A DNA stretch of 64,000 nt from Eledone cirrhosa (Eukaryota): contig OZ024759.1 of NCBI GenBank assembly GCA_964016885.1, positions 35,712,001-35,776,000 of the forward strand, given 5' to 3'. The translations under genes and the position numbers were made by a program. A model generated the notes under the pieces. It searched no databases and was not told the origin of the DNA. It saw only the letters and a list, made by a program, of their open reading frames with translations. Positions 39,732-53,590 of the stretch are shown here, piece by piece (position 1 is the first letter of the stretch; every line of letters begins with the position of its first letter).

Positions 39732-39767
<36 letters not shown>

Positions 39768-40014
39768 TATATATACATGCATATATATATATATATATAC
39801 ATGCATATATATATATATACATGCATATATATAAACATGCATATATATATACATGCATATATATATATATACATGCATATATATATATATACATATATAT
39901 ATATACATATATATATATATGTATATATACAGGGTGTCCCAAAAATGTAAACACAATTTTATTAGAAGTCTGTATACATTTTTGGGACAGCCTGTATATA
40001 ATTATAATATACTT

Positions 40015-40060
<46 letters not shown>

Positions 40061-40490
40061 TACATATATATATACATACACACATATATATATATATACA
40101 TACACACATATATATATATACATACATACACACATATATATATATACATACACACATATATATATATACATACACACACACATATATATACATACACACA
40201 CACACATATATATATACATACACACACATATATACATATATCCATACATACACACATATATCCATACATACATACACACATATATATATATATATATACA
40301 TACACACATATATATATATACATACATACATACACACACATATATATATATACATACATACACACACACATATATATATATACATACATACATACACACA
40401 CACATATATATATATACATACATACACACACATATATATACATACATACACACATATATATATACATACATACACACACACACACACACA
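38660..40490. repeat. Compound (TA)/(CA)/(TG) microsatellite field
   Basis: Direct inspection; includes acatgcag(at)n sub-arrays. Confidence 0.95.
39930..39994. mobile_element. Tiny Tc1/mariner-like MITE
   Basis: TA-cagggtgtcccaaaaatgta...tacatttttgggacagcctg-TA; related ends at about 26371 and 38165-38262. Confidence 0.65.
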
Positions 40491-41033
40491 CTAGACAAGA
40501 GAGCCGTTAAAATACATGATTGTATAAGCCAGGTGAGCTGACGTGTATCTTTATTAGTGTTAGATGAAACGATTGTTAACAAACTGTCTGTGTGTGTGCG
40601 TGTGTGTGTCTGTGAGTGTGTGTGTCTGAGTGTGTGAGTGTGTGTGTCTGTGTGTGTGTCTGAGTGTATGTGTGTGTGTGGTGGAAATACCTCTAAAATA
40701 AACAACGGGTGGTGTACAGCAGGATATATATAAATAACAGAATGTACCGAATATATAGGTGTATGTGTGTGTATATATATATATGTGTGTGTGTATAATT
40801 ATGAGTATATGTATCTATGTATGTATGTATGCGTGTATCTCTCCCCCTCTCTCTATATATAAATATATATATATAGTAAAAAATGGAACGGGAACAAAAG
40901 AGAGAGGCAGTACGAACAAAGGTTTATTAGTTTCACGCTCTTGAGAGTGGGATATATACATGCGTGTATGAATGAATGCACGAATGCATGCATGTATATA
41001 TATATATGTGTGTGTGTGTGTGTATACATGTTA

Positions 41034-41066
<33 letters not shown>

Positions 41067-41789
41067 GGCTTGATTTAATGGATGTGGGGCAAAGAAAGCA
41101 ATTGCCCCGGGCCCCTGCGGTGGGGGACCCGGGACTCACCAGAGCCTCCCATAGCAAGTTATTTGTGCACTCAGTTGGGCTTTTTACTTTTAGGAGGGTG
41201 AGAATGTTTTAATGTAATATATAATATATACCTGTATATATAATATATACAGGTATATATAATATATACCTGTATATATTATATATACCTGTATATATAA
41301 TATATACAGGTATATATAATATATACAGGTATATATTATATATACCTGTATATATTATATATACCTGTATATATAATATATACCTGTATATATAATATAT
41401 ACAGGTATATATAATATATACAGGTATATATAATATATACCTGTATATATTATATATACAGGTATATATAATATATACAGGTATATATTATATATACCTG
41501 TATATATTATATATACAGGTATATATAATATATACCTGTATATATTATATATACCTGTATATATAACTTTTCAATCCCAATTAGTTGAGTAAAGGTAACT
41601 TTGATATGTAAAATTGGGGTGGGGGGAGTTAGGGTTCTCGGGTGTGAGGGAACCCCCAGACCTGAAGTGGCTCGGGACCCCCAAGGTCTAAATCCAATTG
41701 TATGTGGTGTGTGTGTGTGTGTGTGTGTGTGTCGGTGCGTGTGTGTGTGAGAGAGAGGGGGGTAGGGCAGGCAATGACAGACTAGAGTG

Positions 41790-43420
41790 TTAACCAACAT
41801 CAATACCACTTCCACCACCACACAAACCACGACCAACACCGACACCACTACTACTAAGACCACAAACACCAACAACACCACTTTCTCCACCACCACACAT
41901 ACCACGGCTACCACCACTACTACTACTACTACTACCATGACCTCCATCAACATTTCCACCACTACCACACAAACCACGACCAACACCAACACCACCAACA
42001 ACAACACATACACCGACTACAAACACCACCACTACTACCAATAAGACATACTACCACCACTACTACTACCAATAAGATATACTACCAACACCACTACTAC
42101 CAACACCGACACTACCAACATCACCACTACTACCAACAAGACATACAGCTACTACCACCACCACTACTACTACCAGGACCATCACCACTACCAATAAGAC
42201 ATACTACCAACACCACCACTACTACCCAGACCACCACCAACACTACCAATAAGACATACTACCAACACCACCACTACTACTACCCAGACCACCACCAACA
42301 CTACCAATAAGACATACTACCAACACCACCACTACTACTACCAACACCACTTCCACCACAAACAACAACAACAACAACAAAACCAATAAGATGTAAAGTG
42401 TTACCGGACATAGAGGTGTTCCCCCTGCCATATGAGAATTGGCCCGGGAGGGTCGGGCAAGTCCATTGGTAAAAACTACAGAGTTATAATCTAATAACTG
42501 CTACAACCACATACCTTACACTATTGTACTGTCAACTGGTGACTGTTTAGTACTCTAGTACAGTATAGGATTTATTGTAGTGGTGGGAGTGGGGAGGGTG
42601 TTGTGGTGGTAACAGCGGTGGTGGTAGTGGTAGTGGTGGTGGTAGTGGTGGTGGTAGTGGTGGTGGTAGTGGTGGTGGTAGTGTAGTTGGTGGCGGTGGT
42701 AGTAGTGGTGGTGGTGTTGGTGTTGGTGGTAGTGTTGGTGTTGGTGGTAGTAGTGTTGGTGTTGGTGGTAGTAGTGGTGATGGTGGTGGTGGTAGTGGTG
42801 GTGGTAGTGGTGGTGGTAGTGTAGTTGGTGGCGGTGGTAGTAGTGGTGGTGGTGTTGGTGGTAGTGGTGGTGGTGGTAGTGTTGGTGTTGGTGGTAGTAG
42901 TGGTGATGGTGGTGGTGGTAGTGGTGGTATCGGTGGTAGGAGGGGGGAGCGCGTTTTGTTGAGACAACAGTGGTGGTGGTGGTGGTAGTGGTCGTGTCCA
43001 GAGTGGGCGGTGGAGTGGGATGATGGTGGTAGAGGAGGGGGTTCTTGGTAGTGATGGTCATGATGGAGCAAGTGGTCAAGGAGGATGATGATAGTGGTGA
43101 TGATGTTGGTGGTGGTCGTCATAGTTGTTTGTGATGATGGTGGTGATGATGATGTTAGTGGTGATGTTGATGTTAGTGGTGATGTTGATGTTAGTGGTGA
43201 TGTTGATGTTAGTGGTGATGTTGATGTTAGTGGTGATGTTGATGTTAGTGGTGATGTTGATGTTAGTGGTGATGTTGATGTTAGTGGTGATGTTGATGTT
43301 AGTGGTGATGTTGATGTTAGTGGTGATGTTGATGGTGGTGGTGATGTTGATGGTGGTGGTGATGTTGATGGTGGTGGTGGTGGTGGTGGTGGTGGTGATG
43401 TTGATGGTGGTGGTGGTGGT
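41790..43420. repeat. (ACC/ACT)n arm, conserved core, (GGT/GAT)n arm composite
   Basis: Core about 42240-42590 nearly identical to 14172-14570; flanking trinucleotide tracts lie in opposite orientation. Confidence 0.85.
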
Positions 43421-43646
43421 GAAGTAGAGAGACACAAACTGGGCAGATTATTATTATTATTATCTATCTATTGTTTTTGTTCATCTTTTTTACCTGAACA
43501 CCTCTAATAAGATTAAATCATCTGAAATAGGATTGAATTAAACAGGATGTCTGGAACGAGTTCAATCGAATATTACTGACAGATAGACAGGTAGATGTAT
43601 AGAGAGAGATATATAGACAGATAGATATATAGAGAGAGAGATATAC

Positions 43647-43706
<60 letters not shown>

Positions 43707-43781
43707 GGACGGAGAGAGATGTAGATTTACAGACAGGTGGGTAGATAGATAGATGATATATATATATATATATATATACAT

Positions 43782-43817
<36 letters not shown>

Positions 43818-43877
43818 TATATATATACATACATACATATGCTAGCGTGGAAGAACGGATGTAAAACGCTGATGATG

Positions 43878-43914
<37 letters not shown>

Positions 43915-43964
43915 TATATATATACATACATATATGTATGTATATATATATATATATATATATA

Positions 43965-44190
43965 TGGTGGCTGCCAACTCGTTTTCGAGTATGGCCACTA
44001 CTTTATATCCATGTAGGAGAACCCCTACCGATGCTGAACAAGTGTGACTTTTTAGTCCAGCCAGCGACTTGAAAACTCTGGTACAAACACTACACTTGTG
44101 ACAATTACTGACACATAGTGCTGGGCCCATGGTACCATGTGACGACAAGTGCAGAGAGATCTCCAGATATAAAGCAATGCCTGTGCCGTG
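43965..44190 (-). mobile_element. Non-LTR retrotransposon 3' fragment with C2H2-like motif
   Basis: [19 protein letters not shown] near the element end; embedded in (TA)n. Confidence 0.55.
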
Positions 44191-45349
44191 AAGCGTTTAT
44201 AGTGAGCAAAGGCACTGCACAGAGCCAGTCCCACTCTCTTAACCAAGATGATATTTACCAAAAAGAAGAACAAGTCAACATCATTGGATACCATCAGGGT
44301 TGCAGGTGTTATATCAGAGTTTTCCTTCTCCTAGAATTCTGCCTTGACAAAGGCTAAGGGCAAAGGAGCTCTTAAGAGTCAATGGCCATCCAAAATCACC
44401 GGGAGAGATGACATAAATATACATACATATATACATATATACATACATATATATCTATACATACATATATACATACATATATACATACATATATACATAC
44501 ATATATATATATTTACATACATATATACATACATATATACATACATACATATATACATACATATATACATACATATATATATACATACATATATATATAT
44601 ACATACATACATACATACATATATATATATACATACATACATACATATATACATATATATATACATACATATATACATACATATATACATATATATATAT
44701 ACATACATATATACATACATATATACATACATATATACATATATACATACATATATACATATATATATGTCTGCAATTATAACTGATTAGATCATAGTTT
44801 TAAAAATATTGACAACAAGCTTCAGTGTGATAGCCAAGTTGGAAGATTTGGGGGTAAATTAACTTGTTGAGCTCCAGATCAGGTCAGCTTTGATCCAGCA
44901 GATTTAATGATCAAATGGTGTTCCAACCATGACTATCCTGTCTTTTGTTTTAAATGCAAAACTTCCAACATAATTTTATATAAGAACCGTATGTTAAGTT
45001 ATTTTAGTAATGAAATAATAATTTTAGAAAATCTTTCAAAAATTTTCCTTCACCCTTTAGCATTTCCATTACTTTATATAAACTATTGTATTTTTGTGGT
45101 AAAGGATTTATCTTACATAATATCTCACATAATATTGAATCTACGAGATTTTGATGTTATTTATTTTGAGAATAATACCTCAACATCAGTATGAGGGGTC
45201 AGTTAAAGCCAGTTTGAACAGAAAGAGGTGAGAGAATTCTGGCTGGATACAGCCGGTTTAAATGCTAAAGGGTAAATTGAAAAAACATGCATTTCTTTAA
45301 AAATATGGCATCAAAAGGGTTAAAATGTTATATTTTTTGTTGATCTTAC

Positions 45350-47298
45350 CTTTGTTTCAATTTGTTGTTTTTTCAAATGTTCAAGATTTTCACTGGGTTT
45401 CGTCTGTGAAATCAATAATTTTTCCACTTCAGATAACCATGCTGCTTTTTCTTTGACACGGACCAGTGCTTTGACGACCTCTTCATTCGACGCTAATGTC
45501 ACTCGGCCAGTGTTAAGGTTTACCCTTACTTTAGAGTTCATAGTAAGGAAACCATCAGCCATAGCATTTCTCAATGGGATTTCTTGACCTTCCGGAGCAA
45601 TGAAAACAGAATTTCTAGGGTTTATTTTACGCTCGTCGATCAATTCTCGAAGTGTCGGAGCATTTTCAATATATTTTTCAGGTGCAACCGAAGCATCAAT
45701 AAGTCCTTCTTCTATGGCCTGTCCTATAGTCTGAAATCTGCCGGTTTGGCTGTTCAAGAAGGTTCCATTCTCAGGGTTGAATTTTCCATCGTCTGTGAAC
45801 GATGTCAACGTGGCTATTTCACCCGCTGTCTGATCAATAAAATATAAATTGTTGGGTTGAAGAAAGCCAGCTTCTGTGGCCTGTTGGATAGTTAGGGTGG
45901 TGTCAGTGTTGGGTACATTAACTAAACCAGAAATAGAGTTGATTTTATTGTCCATTAATTGTTGGAAGAGGGACATTTTGTTTAAGGCACTGAACAGCTG
46001 AAGAGCTACATGAACTTCGATCTTCTCTGATTTAACAGCTTTAATCAACGGGATCTTCTCTCCATGTGTTTCGTCTACATAAAGACATTTCGTCAAATCA
46101 AGGACCCCAGCTCGGACGGCTTCATCGATGCTAACCACATCGTTAGTGTTTGGCATAACCACTCCCTTTATATTTGTGTCCAAATATTGTCGGAGATGTT
46201 TTAATGATTGACACACTTTAGAAATTTCTTTGGGGTCAACGTGGGTTCGTATCAGACCTCTCTCAGCAGCTTTCTTCAAATCCATTTCTTCATGTGTCTT
46301 GTCTTTCGTATATTTACCTGTATTTATATCGTATCGACCATATTCAATTGCTCTTGACAAACTAAGTATTTGATTTGAAGGCACTTCATAGAAATAGGTC
46401 ATTTCTGGTTGAATAATTTCTTGCTGGACTGCAGTATGGATGGATAAAGTTTGTCCAGTGTTGACATCAGTGACTAAACCTGTTTCGGAATCAAATACAC
46501 CTTTGTCTATGAGTACACCAACACTTGACTCTTCATATACCGAAAGAATCTCTTCTAGAACCTTTGATTCTACAATACCTTTAGCAGTAGCCTCAGGTAG
46601 AGCTATTAGTTCTCCATCCATCTTGTCGTATGATACTGTAGCAAAGTTTAACACACCTTGCTGGTACGCTTCCTCAATTGTTAATGATTTCAATGTATTT
46701 GGATCTCTGATTCCTTTCAAATTGAGGTCAATTTTTTTACTAAGTCTTTCATAAATAGCAACATTTGGGTCAGACTGAGGAGAGTCAACAGTATCACAAT
46801 TTAAAAGCACAGCCTCAGTGTGGGCTGCAATATATCGTTCTTGTTTCACCCGGAGTTCCTTCACATTAAATGTGTTGTTGTTATTTTTGTCGATGTCAGG
46901 ATTTAAGGAATGGATGGTGACTAACCCTTTACTAACAGCTTCCGTTATCGGAATACTTTCACCGTCAACAGGGTTACGGTATCTACCAGTGCTCAAATTG
47001 ATGATGTTTTCTTTAATAGCTCTCTTCAATGATACGTCCATTTTCGTTAACGGATCAATAACATGATCAACAACATACGTAACATCTCCTAATTGAAAGT
47101 GGGTGTACACACCAGGTTCTGCTAGAGCTTCAATGACACTAGGATTAATTAGGATATACCCAGTTTTAACAGCTTCAAGAAGGGAGATTTCTTCTTTTGT
47201 GACTGGATTAATGTATTTATTTGATGACATGTTCAAAATACCTGCTGCTATTGCTTCTTTTATGCTCATCTCTTCTCCCGTTCGAGGATCAATAATCC
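45350..47298 (-). CDS. MACF1: Spectraplakin large exon with plectin (plakin) repeats, running into a spectrin repeat
   Basis: gtttcag/gtaaga; 1949 nt, phase 1/0; recurring D/N-P-x-T-G...S-x-x-E-A-x-x-x-G-[LI] plectin-repeat motifs (IIDPRTGEEMSIKEAIAAGIL, NPVDGESIPITEAVSKGLV); ends AAWLSEVEKLL...LKKQQIETK. Confidence 0.95.
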
Positions 47299-47751
47299 CT
47301 GAAACAATATAGAAATGAGAGATTGTATTAGAAATATCAACAAATTGTTGTAGGTTGATGTCTTATTCAAGGAAATAAATATTTTTTTATCCAGTCTGTT
47401 TACAGTTTTAACACTTTTGATACTAAACCAACTTAACCCCCACCAACATCTTGCTTACATATGTTCCTGTTTTATTAAATACATTTCTTCATGTCACCAG
47501 CACTCGAGAGGTTGTTATATGCTCAGCCAGACTGAAGAGTTGTCCCTACTCAATATTGGTTCTACTTAATCACCAACCACTTTACAGAGTTTACTGGGTG
47601 AAAGTTATCAATGCACCAGCTCTAAAGAGGTTATCATACATTCAGCCAGACAGAAGAGGCTTTTCTATCGTATATTACCTTCAGTCAATTACCAACACCA
47701 AACAATGAAATGTCCATCACAACAAAGATATGTCTACAAAATATATCTCAC

Positions 47752-48233
47752 CTGAGGCTACAATTGAACTGCTGTCAATGTGACTTGCAGGTATATTGAT
47801 CTTATTTGGCTGCTGTTTGTCTTTACTGTTAATAAATTCCTCTCTGTAATCAACAACAACAAGACCTCGGCTTATTGCCTCTGGAATTGATATCACTGAT
47901 CCTGTGTCTCGGTTGGTGTAGGTACCACGCACCTGGTCTAAAATACCATCACAGAATGCCTTCAGGAGACTTATCTTTCGATTCTCATGGTCAAGAACCC
48001 CAGTTATAACTAAAGGTTTCATCTGGCTCTTCTCAGTCATTGTCTTTGTGGCTGAAACCAGACATCCATCAACACTGTCTTGAACCACTAATGACTCAGA
48101 TCCTGCTTCCTCTTTATTTTTGTCATTGTTTTCTTTGTTGTTGGGAGAGAACCGTTCAGAGATGTAAATCTCAGCTTTCGTTGTGAAGTTTTCAGATTTA
48201 CTTGTGTCTTGGTTGATCTCGATGGGTTTAGCT
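47752..48233 (-). CDS. MACF1: Spectraplakin exon, linker plus plectin repeat
   Basis: ttttcag/gtgaga; 482 nt, phase 2/1; contains YTNRDTGSVISIPEAISRGLV. Confidence 0.9.
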
Positions 48234-48384
48234 CTGAAAAATACAAACGTGAGATCATTTAACAAGTGATTATTTTAACACACAGTTGAGCCTTGCTTGT
48301 GTAGCTGAGCCGAGCTCGTGTAGCTGAGCCGAGCTTCTGTAGTTTTAAACGTAATTTCATGTAGTTCTAAATCTAATTTTGTGT

Positions 48385-48930
48385 AGATGGTGGTAGTGAT
48401 GGTGTTGGTAGTGATGGTGGTAGTGTTGGTGTTGGTGGTAGTGTTGGTAGTGGTGTTGGTGTTGGTAGTAATAGTGGTAGTGGTGGTGTTGGTAGTGATG
48501 GTGGTGGTGGTATTGGTGGTGGTGGTGGTATTGGTAGTGGTGGTGGTATTGGTAGTAATAGTGGTAGTGGTGGTGTTGGTAGTGATGGTGGTGGTGGTAT
48601 TGGTGGTGGTGGTGGTGTTGGTAGTGGTGTTGGTAGTGGTGTTGGTGTTGGTAGTAATAGTGGTAGTGGTGGTGTTGGTAGTGATGGTGGTGGTGGTATT
48701 GGTGGTGGTGGTGGTATTGGTAGTGGTGGTGGTATTGGTAGTGGTGGTGGCAGTGGTGGTGTTGGCAGTGGTGGTGGTAGTGTTGGTGTTGGCAGTGGTG
48801 GTGGTAGTGGTGGTGTTGGCAGTGGTGGTGGTAGTGATGGTGGTGTTGGTAGTGAAGGTGGTAGTAGTGATGAAGGTGGTGGTGGTGGTAGTGTTGGCAG
48901 TTGTAGTGGTAGTGATGGTGTTGGCAGTAA
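48385..48930. repeat. (GGT/AGT)n compound microsatellite
   Basis: Direct inspection. Confidence 0.95.
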
Positions 48931-48954
48931 AAAGGCAACCATAGAGAAACTTAC

Positions 48955-49076
48955 TTCTCGAAATATGCTTTAGATGTGTACATTAATGGTGAATTAGTTA
49001 ACCTTAGCATGACATGTTCCTCTTCTGTTGTTGAACTGATTGTATCTTCATAACTGTTGGTGTACGCCATCAAATC
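48955..49076 (-). CDS. MACF1: Probable spectraplakin exon (low-complexity linker)
   Basis: ctgcccctcag/gtaagt; 122 nt open, phase 0/2 matching the downstream exon; DLMAYTNSYEDTISSTTEEEHVMLRLTNSPLMYTSKAYFE. Confidence 0.75.
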
Positions 49077-49966
49077 CTGAGGGGCAGAAAAAAACAAACA
49101 AATATATATATATAAATAAACATTAATTGAAAACGATTGAAGTGATGAGTATATGAATTTTCATAAAACTGTAGAATTGTTTTTTTTGCACCATTACTCA
49201 TATTCTCTCTTTCTCTCTCTCTCTCTCTCACTATATATATGTATATCATCATTTCATCATCATTTCATTTTACGTCCACTTTTCCCTGCTTGCAAGGGTG
49301 GGACGGGAACTGATTCTGGCTTAATTTCTACAGCTGGATGCCCTTCCTAACACCAACCTCATTTACAGTGAGTGCTGGGTGCATTTTTTCCGTGGCACCT
49401 CCACGACCACTTTACAGTGGAATGATAGGGACCCTAGTCCCTATCATCTCATTTCTACAGCTGAGTAAACTGGAGCAATGTGAAATAAAGTGTCTTGCTC
49501 AAGGAAACAACACATCACCCGGTCTGAGAATTGAAATCACAACCTTTCGATTGCAAGGCCAATGCTCTAACCACTAAGCCATGTGCCTCCACATATATAT
49601 ATATTTGTTTTGCAAGGTTTTTGATATGAAATCGTGTGTCGAAACAAATATTGTTATACTTGGGGAGGGTCATATTGTTGTAATAATATTGCCAGAAATA
49701 ATAACAGAACACACTCACTGTTTGGTTGGTTTTCGCTTCTGTATCTTTTATATCTCCACAGTTAATTTATTTGGCAATCAATGTTTATCATTCATATCTG
49801 TATTTTTAACCGTTGGTCAATCAATGATAAACATTGATTGCCAAATCAATTAACTATGGAGATATAAAAGATACAGAAGCGAAAACCAACCCAAACCAAA
49901 CAATGAGTGTGTTCTGTTATTATTTCTGGCAATATTATTTATTACAATATGACCCTCCCCAAGTAT

Positions 49967-49999
<33 letters not shown>

Positions 50000-50503
50000 A
50001 CGAAGGAAGTGTGGTAAAGAACCAAGTGGACCATAACGCACAAGAGTACTCGATACTTTGGGTAGTAGAGTGGGTAATAGGAACAGAGTCTGAACCCCGA
50101 CGGCAAAGCTCAAGCCATTCGGCAGCTATTTCAGGCCAGGTTGTGGTGGTTGTGGTGGCGGCAGTGGTGGTGGTTTGTATGTGTGTGGTAGTTGTGTGTA
50201 TGTGTGTATGGTGTATGTACATGTGGGTGGGTGTTAGTGTGTTAGTGTGTATATGTGTGTATGAATGCATGCAATATATGTATTTACGTGTGAATATATG
50301 CATGTGTGTATGTATGCATGAGTGTATGTATGCATGAGTATGTATGCATGAGTATGTATGCATGTGTCTATGTATGCATGTGTATTTACGTGTGAATATA
50401 TGTGTGTATGTGTGTGTGTGTGAGTATTAACTTCTTGCCCTTCAGCCTGAATCGAAGGGAGATAATCGAAAGCTTTATCTACAGTCAGAAGCAGTTATCT
50501 CAC

Positions 50504-50574
50504 CTTGTACATCATAACTACCCTCTCAGCTTTGTACCAGGTGTGACAGGCGGGCGTCGTGGAATCGGCTTGCT
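50504..50574 (-). CDS. Possible small upstream exon of the same gene
   Basis: attgtag/gtgaga; 71 nt open, phase 1/0 matching the downstream exon; QADSTTPACHTWYKAERVVMMYK; no recognisable domain. Confidence 0.55.
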
Positions 50575-51182
50575 CTACAATATACACAGAAAACAGATGA
50601 TCGTTATTTACAGTTAACAATAGGAAAAATATAGCGTTTTATAAAATAAAGTACCAGTCACATAATAGGGTCGATTTAATCGACTTTCCCCTTCCCCAAA
50701 ATCGCTGGCTTTGTCCCTATTTTACCTTGAACCATTATGTTAGGGGAGAATGAGAGTTGGAGAGAGGGAGCGAGGGGGAGAAATAAAGGAGAGAGACAGG
50801 GATGGAGAGAGAGGGGAAAGGAGTGAGATGAGAGAGAGAGAGAGAGGGGGGAGTGGAAAAAGAGAAAGAATGTGATTATAAAGAAGGAGGGAATGGTAGA
50901 CATGATGCCATCATGTTGATGGTGGAACTAATAACATGGAAGCGCTGATATATGTTCTGGGAGACTTTTATCATTGTTATTCCTGAAGATAGCCATCTCC
51001 TGGTAGGTGGGGCTGGATTGCTTCAGGAATATTTGGCAAGGGAACAAGTTTATCTCTTCAAAACATTAACCCATTTGATACCCCCCCCCCTCTTTGAAGC
51101 TGACCCAAGTTCTAAAATACAAAACTGTTTGTTTTAAAGTGTTTATATTTATCTAAAATCCTTCCAATATAATTTTATTTTG

Positions 51183-51740
51183 TTAACCCTTTTTGATACC
51201 AAACTGCCTGGAACTACCCCTGGTTTTATAATACAAAACTGTTTTGTTTTAAAGTGCTTATATTTATCTCAAAACATTCCATTATAATTTTATGTATGAA
51301 CCTTTGTTAAGTTATGTTCTAAACATTAACTTAATAACGAGAAAGTTAGTTATATTACTAAATCGCTCCAAATTGTTGATTATTTTCAAAGTTATTGGCA
51401 GTGTCTTTCATTAGAAATATGGTAATGAAAGGGTTAATGACATAGACAGTGTCTTTCATTAGAAATATGGAAATGAAAGGGTTAATGACATAGGTAGTGT
51501 CTTTCATTAGAAATATGGAAATGAAAGGGTTAATGACATAGGTAGTGTCTTTCATTAGAAATATGGAAATGAAAGGGTTAATGACATAGGTAGTGTCTTT
51601 CATTAGAAATATGGAAATAAAAGGGTTAATGACATAGGTAGTGTCTTTCATTAGAAATATGGTAATGAAAGGTTTAGTAGCAGAGATAGTGCCTTTCATT
51701 AGGAATATGGTAATGAAAGGGTTAATGTCATAGGTAGTGT
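51183..51740. mobile_element. piggyBac-like MITE with tandemly amplified right end
   Basis: TTAA-CCCTTTTTGATACC...GGTAATGAAAGGG-TTAA (51183-51437) followed by about 6 more 48-bp right-end units; homologue at about 2573-3090. Confidence 0.65.
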
Positions 51741-52427
51741 GTTTCCTTGGAGATTGACTCTGCTCCTTTCAAAAGTAAATTAAAATCAGTTTGTTACAAC
51801 TCCACTTCCCCAGCAAAATTTTAAGCAACCCCTTCTTGCTCAAATGAGATTTTCAGCCAATGCCCCCATGTCTGTTAAATCTGTCCCTGGCAGAAAATAC
51901 AAATTAGTAATTGCTCACATTAACTGTCAGCCAGGTACACAATAAATCAACACTTAAATATAACAAAATTAAGGAATCAAATTTTTAATTTTCAATGAAT
52001 AATTTGTGAGTTTTTTTTTATTTTTTATCAAAATGACAGGGTGGCAGGAGATAGAAGCTGTTATGTGAGAATATACTGAAGGAACATGTTCCCTAAAAGA
52101 AGGCAGTCTGAAATAGTTTAGGAAAATTCTGCTACAGATAATAAATTGTAGATTCATCATCCTCATTTTACGTCTGCTTTTCCTTGCTTGCAAGGGTGGG
52201 ACATTCATATTTATTTAAATTTTATTTTATCAATTTAATCGTCCATGTAGAACTGGTAAGTCATGGCATTCTAAGAAAGGTATATATATATATATATATA
52301 TACACATACATATATATATACATACACATACATATATACATACATATACATACATATATATACATACATACATATATATACACATACATATATATACACA
52401 TACATACATACATATATATACACATAC

Positions 52428-52458
<31 letters not shown>

Positions 52459-52465
52459 CACATAC

Positions 52466-52496
<31 letters not shown>

Positions 52497-53320
52497 CACA
52501 TACATACAAATATAGATATATACATACATACATACATACACATTCATACAAATATATATTTACATACATATATATATACACACACACACACACATACACA
52601 TATATATTATTTTTCTTATGTAATTAGTTTCTCTAAGAATGTCCCTAATTTGGTAAGCTTCAGGCAAACAAAAGAAATCCTTATTTTTAGATATCAACTA
52701 TTATTATAGTCACCAGCCTTTGGGATGACTACATTTCAAATAATGAAAGGATGTATTTGTAAAGGGAAATATGATGGGAGGGGGAGGGGGTAGCTTGTTC
52801 CTCCTAAGAGACCCCTAGTTCCCCCCCCCCTTCTTCCATTATCAGTCTTTCAATACCAAAATGTTGAGATAAGTAATTGTGGAACTAAATAAATGGGGTT
52901 TTACTAAATAAAGAAGATTTTATATCAATGACTATTATTGTTGTCTCAGAACTAAAGATAAGGTGCAGGGGGGGGGGGGGGGGGGGTAATGGGCGGGGGG
53001 GGGGGGGGGTAATAAGCATGCCAGTTGTTTCAAAAAATAACATTTGTCAAACATCGTAATAACACACACACACACACACATACAGGCAAATAAAATTTAG
53101 CGAAAATCGTATTTCGGCGGGTAGAAAATAAGCGAAACGCAATATCCGAGTTATGCTGGCAAGTGCTCCATGGAGCAAAAGAGGCCAGAGCAATAAACGT
53201 AGTTTATAAAGGCCATACAAACTGAGACGGTGGTCAAGAAGCCATCAACCACCTAAGCCAAAAAAACGAGGCAAGCTAAACATGTCAAACAAAATAAATG
53301 AAATATATATGTGTGTGTGT

Positions 53321-53470
53321 ATATTTAATATAGAAATGGCTTCTACAGGACTAGAACTCTTTCATTTGGGAGAAATCATCAGGAAGCTTCCTGATGATTT
53401 CTCACTTCCTGATGATTTCGCCCGAATGAAACAGTTCTAGTCCTGTAGAAGCCTTTTCTATATTAAATAT
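53321..53470. repeat. Head-to-head inverted duplication of a hammerhead-bearing repeat end
   Basis: atatttaatatagaaatggcttctacaggactagaac...gttctagtcctgtagaagccttttctatattaaatat; single-arm copies at about 33385-33440, 58528-58632, 62650-62708, 62870-62915. Confidence 0.85.
53405..53451 (+). ncRNA. Type-I hammerhead-like motif within an inverted duplication
   Basis: cttc-CTGATGA-t ttc(gccc)gaa t-GAAA-cag(ttctagtc)ctg-TA-gaag. GUA triplet; U-U mismatch at the base of helix II. Confidence 0.6.
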
Positions 53471-53533
53471 TTACACTCTGCTATGTATTGAGTACCTTAT
53501 TTACTGTGGTTACCCCCGATTGAACCCGGGATA

Positions 53534-53590
<57 letters not shown>

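Noticed and set aside
36840-44790. Long ORFs rich in Y/I/H/T/V/M/C (up to 632 aa)
   Set aside because: They are translations of di- and trinucleotide microsatellites, open in several frames at once.
45584-47312. Plus-strand ORFs over the large exon
   Set aside because: Short antisense shadows of the minus-strand coding frame.
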